Below are positions 10,408 to 20,200 of a stretch of DNA of 64,000 bases, one piece after another. How positions within the stretch are numbered: position 1 is the first letter of the stretch; each line of letters begins with the position of its first letter. A model generated the notes under the pieces. The model did not search any database and was not told where the DNA came from. It saw only the letters and a program-made list of their open reading frames with translations. The translations under genes were made by a program, and so were the position numbers. The stretch spans positions 96,001 through 160,000 of the forward strand of contig CAZLEV010000002.1 of assembly GCA_964558645.1 (NCBI GenBank), read 5' to 3'. This stretch comes from an uncultured archaeon (GTDB lineage Archaea > Asgardarchaeota > Thorarchaeia > Thorarchaeales > Thorarchaeaceae).

Positions 10408-11499
10408 ATGATCTCTACCCTTTTCTATAGGCCAGAGAGAAGAATCGAGGATATGCTAACCCATTGGTTTCTTGCCTTTCTTGACCGATTAGCTGAACAT
10501 CAATCCCCTGCTTGTAGGGATTTGTTCGAAGAACTGGGGTTCAAGCTCGGAGATAATTGGAAGAAGGATTTCAGAGTTGAAAGCCAAGTCAATATTGGAG
10601 AGGGGCGAAGAATCGATGGACTGATCACTGGTCAGAAATATGTTATCGGGTTTGAAAACAAGATAGATGACAAGCACAAAATGAGCCAGATTCGAGAGTA
10701 CTACAAACTACTCCATGAGAAACATGAGCAAGATTGTGCACTCCTGCTGACGTTCGACTGGAATACTCAAACAAGAAATGAGGTAGAAAAACTGATTCGA
10801 GCGGGAGAGGTCCCCGAAAAGGATGTGAGACTTGCGACTTGGCAAGACGTCCACCAAATTCTCATAGATATTGCAGAGAAAAGCCGCGGCACCGGGTTTG
10901 CCTCATTCCTGTGCCGTGAAATGGCCCGGGTATTGGAGAAAATGAAGATGAAATCATACACTGGAATCAACAAAGAACAGATAAAATCCTATTTTGATGT
11001 AAAGCAGAATCTTTCGGTGCTAGACCAACTAATTAGAGAATCGGTGAAGGCTAAGTTTGACTGGTTATTGGAAGGGAGCGGTTCGGATGGTAGTCTTACA
11101 AGAAAGAGAATCACATTTCCTTTCAGAAAGGGCGAGAAGAGCACGTTTCTTTTCTTTAGGTTGGGTGAGGACTCCCTTCACATTGGCGTTCGATGCCCTA
11201 GGCGGAGTACAGATCTCGAACGACTCAAGGAGAGATTGGATTATCGGTCCCTTCTGAACATACTAGAGAAGTCGAAGGAGTATGAGGTGTATGGTTTCGC
11301 GCCCGCATTGGACAAATCACATGGATATGAGGAGATTAGGCAGTTGGATGGCAAACCGAAACTGCATGATCGGCTCCAAGTTTCGAAAGAAGTGCGCCTC
11401 GAAGAAATGAGTAGAAAAGATTTCAAGGACCACATAAAAGACGAGATAGACTCATTGGAAGGTCTAGTCGTTTTTCTCCATCAAACACTCGTAGAATAG
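10408..11499 (+). CDS. PD-(D/E)XK nuclease superfamily protein (PDDEXK_4-like N-terminus)
   Basis: EDMLTHWF...VESQV...RRIDGLI...VIGFENKI...QIREY...TWQDV pattern. Confidence 0.8.
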   Translation: MISTLFYRPERRIEDMLTHWFLAFLDRLAEHQSPACRDLFEELGFKLGDNWKKDFRVESQVNIGEGRRIDGLITGQKYVIGFENKIDDKHKMSQIREYYKLLHEKHEQDCALLLTFDWNTQTRNEVEKLIRAGEVPEKDVRLATWQDVHQILIDIAEKSRGTGFASFLCREMARVLEKMKMKSYTGINKEQIKSYFDVKQNLSVLDQLIRESVKAKFDWLLEGSGSDGSLTRKRITFPFRKGEKSTFLFFRLGEDSLHIGVRCPRRSTDLERLKERLDYRSLLNILEKSKEYEVYGFAPALDKSHGYEEIRQLDGKPKLHDRLQVSKEVRLEEMSRKDFKDHIKDEIDSLEGLVVFLHQTLVE

Positions 11500-12233
11500 A
11501 CAAACTAGGTCCAGACAGTCTAATGGTGAGCATACAGCTCAATCGTGAGCTGCACACCCTCCAGCCCCACTAAGTGCGACTGAATACCTCGAGAACAGTT
11601 CGCAGAATACTCTGCTCACCGTCGAGCCAATCGGCAATCCATCGGAGCGCCATCGCCGAATCTGTTTCCGAAGTCCAAATCCTGAAGCGAGCCTTGGCTT
11701 TGCCCAGGCCCAAGCGGCGCAGATGACTGCGTACTCCATAATTGACAACAATATTTCTAGAACGAATGCTGGAGTTATGTTAACTACAACCACTGTTCAT
11801 TTCTCGAGCCGCGTGCATGGTCAACAGAGGACTTGTAGCCGCTGCATCATCCCATCCATCATGGTAAGGATTCATTCGTAGAGCCACGATAAAAGAGCTA
11901 CTTGTACGTACTCTTCTACCAGGAGGTCTGGGACATCCATGTCCCAATGAAAAGGACTGGGCTAGCAACCTTTGCTCTGTTCTAGCTCGGGAGAAGAAGC
12001 AACACCGAAAATCTCCTTGATAGAGTTGTTGGAAAACGTGGAGCGCAACTGTATTTGTCAACTATGTTTTCGTTTCCGTGGAATAGTCGATTGTGTGACT
12101 AGGAAAGAAGCGTCCAAGATAGGTCCTGCTTCTATTCATTGACTCTAGAGGAGTTTCTATGCGAAAAGGATTTGAATGATGGCATAGACTAGCCGGTGAG
12201 ATTCCACCGAAGTAGTGAGGGATAGACTATTGA

Positions 12234-13283
12234 CGGCAAGAGGCCAAAAAGCTGCTAAGAGAGATTCTAGAGGATTCCGACGATGAGTCGGTATCAACAA
12301 GTAGTCTTCTCAGAATGGCCTTGAGAGCAGCCGAGCTGCTTGACCCAGAAAGCGATGAGCATGTTTGGATAGCGCTGGAACTCCAAGGCTATCCTCAAGG
12401 AGGTCTACTGAAAGAAGAAGACACTGTTCCGCCGAAATATCGAACCCCACTGTACAGGTGGGCCGATCTCTTGGCAAGTGGTCCAGAACCAAGAATAACC
12501 TACAGCCCGCCCGATTCAGACCTTCTAGAAAGGATACACCGGGCAAATGATGTCAGATCCATCACATTCTTAGTAAGTGAACCAATCGAGGTTCTTGAAG
12601 AGGCAAATACTCCTGTTTTTCGTTCGGATTCCATTGTTCAAGATGATGGTTTCAATAAGACAATCGTAACTTGGGTTGCGACCATGCCCGTGTATCGCAT
12701 GCAGAGTATCGTCAAGGCAGTCAGGTCACGAGTCCACGCTTTCGCACTCACAAAGCTCGTTTCTATCGAGTTCGGAGAAGCGACAAAGCATTTGCTTGAG
12801 GGAAGCAGAGTGTATGTTGCAGAGAAAATGGAAATCCTCAGCCCAGATTTGCTAAGGGAATTGCTTGAAACATTGGAGAAACAAGAGAGTGGAAGAACTG
12901 ACATCAACTCCAGAATAGTGGTTCAGAACTGCCTGACTTTCGTTCAGAGGATAACAGATATACTACTACGCGACAGCATGATTCCCGAGAGTGAATCAAG
13001 ACCCTCAACCGGCCAAACCCGAAACAAACTAAGCCTAATTCTTGCTTGGGCCAAAAAGAATAGTACCAAAAAGCTTGATGAAGAAAGAGAGTTGGTGAAA
13101 AGGACCTTCAATCACTTCTTCTTCTACTCGAAATCTCTTCAGAAAACAATCGATAAACAACGCCACAAGGATCCGATTCTCGTTAGCAAGGATGAAGTGG
13201 ACAGAATCCTCGTCTACCTCCTGACTTGGCTTGCCGACCTACTCAGAATATTAGACCACGCAAACTATGAATGGGAATCCTAG
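12234..13283 (+). CDS. AbiTii-domain protein (abortive-infection associated); 5' end apparently disrupted
   Basis: LLRMALRAAELL...WIALELQGY...VPPKYR matches the AbiTii N-terminal pattern. The frame is open from 12234 (RQEAKKLLREILEDS...), upstream of the first ATG at 12315. Confidence 0.7.
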   Translation, partial: RQEAKKLLREILEDSDDESVSTSSLLRMALRAAELLDPESDEHVWIALELQGYPQGGLLKEEDTVPPKYRTPLYRWADLLASGPEPRITYSPPDSDLLERIHRANDVRSITFLVSEPIEVLEEANTPVFRSDSIVQDDGFNKTIVTWVATMPVYRMQSIVKAVRSRVHAFALTKLVSIEFGEATKHLLEGSRVYVAEKMEILSPDLLRELLETLEKQESGRTDINSRIVVQNCLTFVQRITDILLRDSMIPESESRPSTGQTRNKLSLILAWAKKNSTKKLDEERELVKRTFNHFFFYSKSLQKTIDKQRHKDPILVSKDEVDRILVYLLTWLADLLRILDHANYEWES

Positions 13284-13542
13284 TAGACCTGCAACTGCTA
13301 AGTGAGATGCATGGCAACCAAATCTCTCAATCACGAAGCATACTCTGAAGAGGTATTCACCCGGGCTTTCTCATCGTCCGTTTGTAGTGCACAATCGACT
13401 CATAGACGCATTTCCCGCTCTATCACCCTGTTTGGGGTCTATGTTCCCTTACATTCCCCATCTGGATTCAGACCCGAAGTCGACAGGATGTCGTGAAACC
13501 AAGTTGAGTCCTTTCTTCCGCTTGATCTACACTCCAAAAGAA

Positions 13543-15015
13543 TCACATGTAGAATCTATAGCTTGTTCTTGGCTCTGTTCGAGTTTCCGATTCGGACAAA
13601 AGACCACCAACTGTTCTTGAGAAGCTCAGAGTTATTGGCTCCTTGAGGCAATAGGCGGCCGAGTTCCAGTTCATCTTTGTTAGTCCGAGGATATCTTCGC
13701 ATAGTGCTTGGTTAGGAGAATCTCCGACGTGCTGCAGTAGAGACAAAGGGCGAGGTGTAGAAGGGCCCCAATACTGTCCCATAAACGGCACATATCCCTT
13801 CGTGTAGAGATGTAATCGATTATCGGTCGTAACCGAGTAGGTTCCTCGAATCGGTGGATGATCACCTGCCCTTAGCAGGCGAAAGCCGGATCCTCCAACT
13901 GCAACTAGATCGGATTGCTCAACACTATCTAGAGCAGATAGAACTCCATCGGATTCCTCCTCGCTGAACTTGGAGCTCTTGTGAATGACTACCTTGTGAG
14001 GAGGATGTCCCTCCTGCCGCCTATATGTGTCCAAGACCTGTTCAAGAAGCCTCTTGGCACTCCCCCTCTTCAGGTGTGGTTGGCGATCAGACTCCTCCTT
14101 TCTTGCCTTGCCGCCCTTTAGCACTAAGCCCTCACCACGGTGAGAGAATACCTGAGCAACACTGGTCTTGAGATCTAGATTCGTCTTTGACTCATAGAAA
14201 GAGATGCCGACAAAACACGTTCCGATGGAGGCATTGGCCAGCCGCCACGGATGACCACCAGCCTTGTAACAAAACGCAACAGCCAGATTCCAAGCAACTG
14301 TACACATATCCTGAACATTTGTTCCTAGGAGCGTCGACGGTCTGATAACCTGAGTCGGAATGCCCAATTGCATTCCCTTGGACTTGATCACTCTCCACAT
14401 GGAGCTGAAATGAATCTCTTCAGCCTCCTCTGTCATTACCTCCTCAAGTGCTTCATACTCATCATGAGGGTCAGTCCTGACTTTCCGGCGTTTCTTGGCA
14501 ATTGGCCGGCCGAACCTATCCCAATATTTCGTACATTCTTCTTCGAACTCGGGAGGTAATGCGACGACTACAATCTGAGGTTTCGGCTCCCTTTCAGAGA
14601 AATTCTGCAATTTCTGCTCCAGACAGCCATATGCGAATCTTACTTTCCCGTCGAAGTCCTTCTTTTCACTCAGCTGCTTCAATTCCTTGGCCGTGATTAT
14701 CTGGCAATCGGTCGTACTACATTCGATAGAAAAACCAAGCGGCGAATCCATCGATAGACCCGGGAAGTCTGGCATGAAGCCTTTTGACGGAGGAGACCAA
14801 ATAGGACGCGCAAGTCGTCCTATCAGATTGAGTAGCAAGTCACTTGTTCTCTTGGAGCCAATGACCCCTAGAGAAATGCGCATGGGTATTTCGGTGCCAC
14901 GGGGTAGAATAGGACCAAACAAGCTCAGGCCCGTTCTCTGGTCGATACACCGGTTTCCTCCGCCAAAGAGAAGCTCAACATCGGGAACAATCCCGACTTC
15001 GCTAATTCCAGACAT
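13543..15015 (-). CDS. ago: Short prokaryotic Argonaute (MID-PIWI only, catalytically inactive)
   Basis: ELLFGGG..ID...GLSLFGP N-terminus; MID pocket WRVIK...GIPTQVI...NLAVAFCYKAGGHPW; PIWI TCFVGISFY / VVIHKSS (catalytic Asp residues lost), PPIRGT, ILGLTKMNWN, EPITL; C-terminal YRFYM. Start set at ATG 15015, overlapping the upstream stop. Confidence 0.95.
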   Translation of the reverse strand: MSGISEVGIVPDVELLFGGGNRCIDQRTGLSLFGPILPRGTEIPMRISLGVIGSKRTSDLLLNLIGRLARPIWSPPSKGFMPDFPGLSMDSPLGFSIECSTTDCQIITAKELKQLSEKKDFDGKVRFAYGCLEQKLQNFSEREPKPQIVVVALPPEFEEECTKYWDRFGRPIAKKRRKVRTDPHDEYEALEEVMTEEAEEIHFSSMWRVIKSKGMQLGIPTQVIRPSTLLGTNVQDMCTVAWNLAVAFCYKAGGHPWRLANASIGTCFVGISFYESKTNLDLKTSVAQVFSHRGEGLVLKGGKARKEESDRQPHLKRGSAKRLLEQVLDTYRRQEGHPPHKVVIHKSSKFSEEESDGVLSALDSVEQSDLVAVGGSGFRLLRAGDHPPIRGTYSVTTDNRLHLYTKGYVPFMGQYWGPSTPRPLSLLQHVGDSPNQALCEDILGLTKMNWNSAAYCLKEPITLSFSRTVGGLLSESETRTEPRTSYRFYM

Positions 15016-16540
15016 CGTCTTCTTCCTCCCCGCAACCAAATTCCTGTTCCGTGATTTGATGGTCGTCTACGTCAAAGCTGTATTCTTCGAGCGTTGGCTG
15101 CCTTGCATGATATAGATTACAGACCGGACGTCTGATACGCTCCGAAAGGCGTTTCTGAAAATCTTCAGGAATGCCGAAGCCGACTTGGCAGTCTACAGGA
15201 CTAGCATCGATTTGAATTGGAGGGCCCCCTGTGGCTATTTCCAGAGTGGGTTTTCCCCCTGAAACCAGATTCATCCAAAACATGAGGTCGAATAGAAGGC
15301 GTCTGTTACCGTGTCGAGCCCAAGCTCCGGATGACAACTTCGTCATCAGTCTTGCCTTTACACGATTCTGTCCATCTGTCGTGAAGTAGAATCCGGGCTG
15401 CAGCATTAGGTAGTACTCGTCACCCATCTGCATAAACCGCAGCGAAATCCCCTGATGTTTCCAGAAGGATTTCTTCTCCTTCGTAAGCACCCGTGTTATT
15501 CGTCGCGTTCCAGGCTTCCACTCACAATAGCACTCAAGTCCGTCATCAGACGGAAAGAAGAACATCGGTCGCCCCGACCTACTTCGTTTCCACATTCCAA
15601 GGGACTTAAGATGAGAGTATGCTGATTCATTCAGTAAGTGAGTGAGCCATCTCTTCTTCTCAGAAGTGTCGAAGACCTCGGTAATTGGTTTGAGCCAGAC
15701 CGTATTGTCCGATTTCGCCTCGGCCAATGGGTTTTCAGTTTTGTTCAAATCAGAGAAGGTTAGTATTCTTCGTTCCCGCAAAATGAAAGGGTCAGGTCGC
15801 TCACCTATATCCTCCAGCAAGTCCCTGGCCCATCTGTAGTCAGTTCTGGCAGCATAGATAGACGTGGGAAATTCTAGCACACCATAGAGGTTTGTTACAA
15901 GTGTTTCTTGAAGGGAGGGTATTTCGCCCATTCCAGATAGTGCATCTGCAATCTGCTTTGCCGGAAGAACCAAGCGGGAAAGGGTACTCTGGACAAGCCT
16001 ATTGTCTGACTGAATGAACCGGTCTATTGTCAGAATATCCCCGCAATACACTTCGGATCTTGAAATGAATGACTTCAGGACATCAATATCCAGACCGGAG
16101 AGAGCTTCTGCAGCGGCCTTGTCTTCGCTCCTTGTATTCTTCTGAAGCACTTCTACCGCTCTTCCAAGCAAACCAAGTGCCTCATCCCAGTCGTAGTTCT
16201 CGAATACCTTCTCAAGGAGTTCGTGGTTTGAGAAGGACCGAGCGAAGTATATGAAGCGGAATCGATCTTCAGGCAGGAGCTTGGAGAACTTGAACAGTTG
16301 ACGTCCGAATGGAAGGAGGAAAGTTTCTGAGAAGGGTGAAACTCGCGTATTCTTGCATTCGACTAGGACCTTAGTGTCCTGTCTATCTAGGAAGATGATA
16401 TCTTCGTATGACCCTTCTATCGGGGATTCTACTATCTTAAGAAGCCCTTTCTGTTCCAAGAAACGAGAAACAGCATGGCGGTATTGTTCACCACTGTAAT
16501 GTTGCGCTTCCCGTCCCTTTCCCAGAGTGTAGAAGCCCAA
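15002..16540 (-). CDS. Mrr-like PD-(D/E)XK nuclease-APAZ fusion, effector partner of the short pAgo
   Basis: N-terminal GEQYRHAV...YEDIIF...VLVECKN. C-terminal half ETLVTNLY..LEFPTSIY...WKHQGISLRF...YYLMLQPGFYFTTDG...NRRLLFDLMFW is APAZ-like. Directly upstream of and overlapping ago; TTG start with GGAGGG SD. Confidence 0.85.
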   Translation of the reverse strand: MGFYTLGKGREAQHYSGEQYRHAVSRFLEQKGLLKIVESPIEGSYEDIIFLDRQDTKVLVECKNTRVSPFSETFLLPFGRQLFKFSKLLPEDRFRFIYFARSFSNHELLEKVFENYDWDEALGLLGRAVEVLQKNTRSEDKAAAEALSGLDIDVLKSFISRSEVYCGDILTIDRFIQSDNRLVQSTLSRLVLPAKQIADALSGMGEIPSLQETLVTNLYGVLEFPTSIYAARTDYRWARDLLEDIGERPDPFILRERRILTFSDLNKTENPLAEAKSDNTVWLKPITEVFDTSEKKRWLTHLLNESAYSHLKSLGMWKRSRSGRPMFFFPSDDGLECYCEWKPGTRRITRVLTKEKKSFWKHQGISLRFMQMGDEYYLMLQPGFYFTTDGQNRVKARLMTKLSSGAWARHGNRRLLFDLMFWMNLVSGGKPTLEIATGGPPIQIDASPVDCQVGFGIPEDFQKRLSERIRRPVCNLYHARQPTLEEYSFDVDDHQITEQEFGCGEEEDDVWN

Positions 16541-16639
16541 TTCGTTACAACCCTCCGAGAGGAACAGATGGGGCCATGACTATATGAAGGTATGCCAAAG
16601 AGAGGCAGTTTCTAGAACATGCGCAACGTTCAATGCCCA

Positions 16640-17230
16640 TCACCCTTCCCGCTCGCGCCGAAGCTCCTTCTGCAAGGACATTTCATCGAGCTCTCTCATT
16701 CCCTGGTTGTATTCCTCGGTCAGCTCGAACTCGGGAATCAAATAGTGCCATCTTACTAGTTTGCCATCCTCAGTTGTGAAGAAATCGGCTACATGGCCCT
16801 CGACCATTGGTACAGACTTCGCTTCAACTCCTCTTGCCCTGAGCGTTTCCAGAAGGTTCGTTGTTCTTATCGTTCCAAGATCATCTTCGGTTTCTTGCTC
16901 TCTGAGTATTCTTATGATCTCCTTCTCGATCTCAGGCAGTTGCTTCAGTTCTTCAGACTCTTCCTGTGTGAGCTTCCGGCAGAACCAGATGAGCGGTCCA
17001 ACCTCTACGCCTCTCTCATTGTGGCGATAGTCAATGGTCTGGTCGATGAGCCAATTGTCCAAGGCATGCCGGATAGCCTGATTTGCCAGATTATTGTCGT
17101 CTAAGTCACTCTCGGCACGAATCCTATCAGTCAGAGCTTGTTTCAAGTCCTCAAGAGGTAGTCCTCGTTTGTCGCATGAATCCAACAAATCCATGAGATT
17201 CGCCACAGCTCTATCCAACATCTTACTCAC
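16640..17230 (-). CDS. Winged-helix-like hypothetical protein (last gene of the backbone operon)
   Basis: 196 aa; GTGA overlap with the upstream gene; paralog at 2482..3204. Confidence 0.75.
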   Translation of the reverse strand: MSKMLDRAVANLMDLLDSCDKRGLPLEDLKQALTDRIRAESDLDDNNLANQAIRHALDNWLIDQTIDYRHNERGVEVGPLIWFCRKLTQEESEELKQLPEIEKEIIRILREQETEDDLGTIRTTNLLETLRARGVEAKSVPMVEGHVADFFTTEDGKLVRWHYLIPEFELTEEYNQGMRELDEMSLQKELRREREG

Positions 17231-20200
17231 GAATAGATTCCTCCCTTCTGGATTTTAACTCCTCGTCTAATCAGCTCCGCCCTTATCTGCGACACCTGCT
17301 CGTGTCTCTCTTCCAAGTAACCACTAAGTAGCCTTCTCTTCCTGACATCATTGGGAGGAGCAATGAGAGCCAGCCTGATCATATCGTCGATAGTTCTAGT
17401 GCGAGCATACCATGAAATCGATACCCTATCGCTCTTGCGCATGAGTCTAAGAGTGCCTGGAGAAATGGCCACCTTGACCCCCAGTGTGGCGGCGATGTCT
17501 TGCATGTTCTTTACCAGTCTGTTCGGATTCTGCATGATTTTCTCTGCGATGCTTAGAGCAAGCCTACTAGTGACCCTGTCCGCGGACTTGGCAAGTCTAT
17601 CGATATCACCCCATTCTAGGCTCCAGCATTTTCTCCTCGGTTTTCCAAACTCTTTGATGAGTGCTACCTCCTCGTTGTCGAGGATTGGCTCGAAGTCGTA
17701 GGCCTCCCTCTTGTTCCCTGCATTCAGAGCATTGGAGAATGTCCAAGAGATTGCCCTCGGCAACACCGTGCCATCCTGTGGAATCGAGTCCTCGATGATT
17801 GCGCAGAGAGCCTCCCAAGACTCCCGGAACAGTGAGAGGTCTATCTCCGGATTGTGAATCGTCTTGTCGCCTGTGGGTAGACCAAGTTCCTGTAGTACCC
17901 GTCCAATCACGGCAGGAAGATGAGCGATGTAGCAATTATGGTCTTTCCGCCACTGAGGGTCGAGAAAGACTTCACCTAGCCTCTGTACGGTCCGTTCAAA
18001 GATCTCGATCCGCGCGATTTCAGGCTCATGGTAAGCTACCGCAGCGGTCTTCTTCAGACTCCCATCGCAGACTATCGTCGCGATTACCCTTGCCCAGATC
18101 ACCAACAGGTCCTCTCTAGAGGGAAACTTCGGATTGGGGATACCACCCATCCCATTCTCTGTTGTGATCTTTGAAATCTCGCCCTCAAGATCGCGGATCG
18201 ACCGATTCGATACACTAAGAAGAAACTCAAGATGGTCACCGCGGATTCGCATCTTGGTGATGTTGACTCGCGGGACCTTGTGCGGACCGAATACATCGTC
18301 CATGAGACGCTCGAGTCTCTCAGCAGTGCTCCGCAACTCGCCGCCTCTGTTTCCGGTAAGAGCCTCCTTGACATCCGCGAGCAACGACGCAAAGGAATTG
18401 ATATCGTTGAAGTAGAAGAACTGGTCATGGTACATATGGAGCAGGCTCATCCGATCGGGATTCAGCTCGAACTCGAGAACCTCCCGTTCACTGATTCTGC
18501 GGATATATCGCTCGGTGTTCTCAAGCCTTCCCTCTAGGGGAAGTCTCAGTTTTCTTTGCCGATACCACTCCTCGAGAATGCGCTCCTCCTCCTGTCGCCG
18601 TAGGTCAGAGATGTCACGTGGTTCCGTATCTCGCAGCCACTGACTGATTGTTGTGTCGGACACCTCGTACTTCAGTGCCAAGTCCTTTTGTAGGGTCTCC
18701 GGTTCGGCTAGCACACTGAAGTACTTCTCGCACAGCTCGTAGTCGACCTTCTTTTCCCGCCCGTGTCTGGCCGCCAGTTTCCGTACATCGCCTGTTGACT
18801 CGATACAGACCTCAGGCGGCCCACCATTGGCCCCTACGTACAACCGTTTCAGCTCCAGTCGATGAAGTTCGCTCAGGAAACTAGGGACTTCCTCTTCTCT
18901 TGCCCATCTACGTATCTTCCTCACAGCTATGTTGTGCTCCTCTGCGAATCCCTTTTGATTGACCTTGCCCTGTTCCAGGGACAACTTCAGTTTGAAGAAC
19001 ACGCGCACGTCATTATCTCGATCATCGAAATCCAGTCGAAATCTGAGATGCTGATGCCGTGCAAGGGACTCCTCGTACTGCCGCTCTGTGACAATGATAC
19101 AACGCTTGTCCCAAGAAAGATTCTCAACTGACTCAAGAGGATTCTCTCTCACACCTGCGCCAGAGTTGCCAGAGAGATTGTTGAGCTGACCTAAGAGAAT
19201 CTCTGCCCAACGCCGTTCCACCTCCAAGTTCCAGATGTCCTTCACAAGCTCGGGTGCGTTGGCGTCGTCTGCGAGTTTCTCGAGATTCTCTCTGTCAATC
19301 CCGAGCTCCTCGGACAGCTCATCAAGGCCTTCGGGGTCTTCCAAGTTCTCAAGCGCCTCTCTCACCCGTATGAAAGTCTCTGCATCCCGAATCTTCTCAT
19401 CTTGGTCATCGTCGTCAATCGACTCTCTGTGCATCTTGAGATGCTTCTCTAGGTCTTCTGTCTTCATGGAATCCTTGATTGCATTCCGTATCTGTTCCTT
19501 CTCCTCTTCGGAAAGTTTGTCAAACTCCTCCTTAAGCACCCTCCTGAGGCGTTCCTCTCGCGTTTCGGGGAACATCGACGGCCACACAGGGTCGCCGTCA
19601 GGAAACATAGTTGAGCGTCCTCCGAATCGAGTAGTGTGTTCATTGTGGGTGTTTCTTCTATCCCTGTTAGCCTCGTCCTCGTCGACTGCATCCTCTCTCT
19701 CCGATGTGTTCTCAGTGGGAGCCTCTTCCCTCTCCTCAGTGGCATTCTCGCATTCCGCTACATCAGTCCCAACATCAGGTTCAGGTGATTCTGCCTGCGT
19801 GGCATCATCCCTCGAGTTCTTCTCGGGCTCCATTCCCTCAGGAACTTCCATGCCTTGGGGATTCGGGGTTTGCTTCTCCTTAGACCCCATATCCTCTTCA
19901 ACGGTTCTGATATCGTCTTCCTCGGCCTTCTCCGGTGCTTCCTCCGAAGTGTCTCGTTCTTTCGACCTTTTGTCTCCCTCACTCTCTTCGGATACCTCGC
20001 TCGATATTTCTTCGGAAACCTCTTCACTTGTCTTCTCCTCAGTACCAATCTCTGAATCCTCAGTCTGCAAACGCTTCTCAGTAGCCTCCTCCGGATCTGC
20101 GGTGCTCTCAACCTCCATGGTGACTGTGACCTGCTGGCTCCCCGCATTCTCCTCCACATGGTCTTCATTCCGCTCCGATTGATCAGTGTCTGATTGCTCG

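Noticed and set aside
6800-12195. Short shared intergenic motif TAGAYTARCC (~6804, ~9252, ~12185) as integron-like cassette sites
   Set aside because: Only 10 degenerate bases, inconsistent position relative to genes, and no longer shared structure; compatible with chance.
11500-12210. ORFs 11539..11793 and 11780..12061, or an ncRNA, in the ~700-bp gap
   Set aside because: No recognisable motifs; the plus-strand frames I translated are interrupted by stops. Possibly a decayed gene, but I cannot identify it.
13543-15015. Active long (eukaryote-like) Argonaute
   Set aside because: Only ~490 aa, no N/PAZ domains in the same ORF, and the catalytic tetrad positions are substituted.
17227-18200. 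Intein or intron-encoded homing endonuclease
   Set aside because: The LAGLIDADG-like motifs sit at the protein C-terminus with no Cys/Ser start or His-Asn end splice motifs and no interrupted host gene.
19235-20182. 315-aa Ser-rich ORF on the plus strand
   Set aside because: Antisense shadow of the Glu-rich region of the large minus-strand gene; most other short overlapping ORFs in the track were dropped for the same reason.
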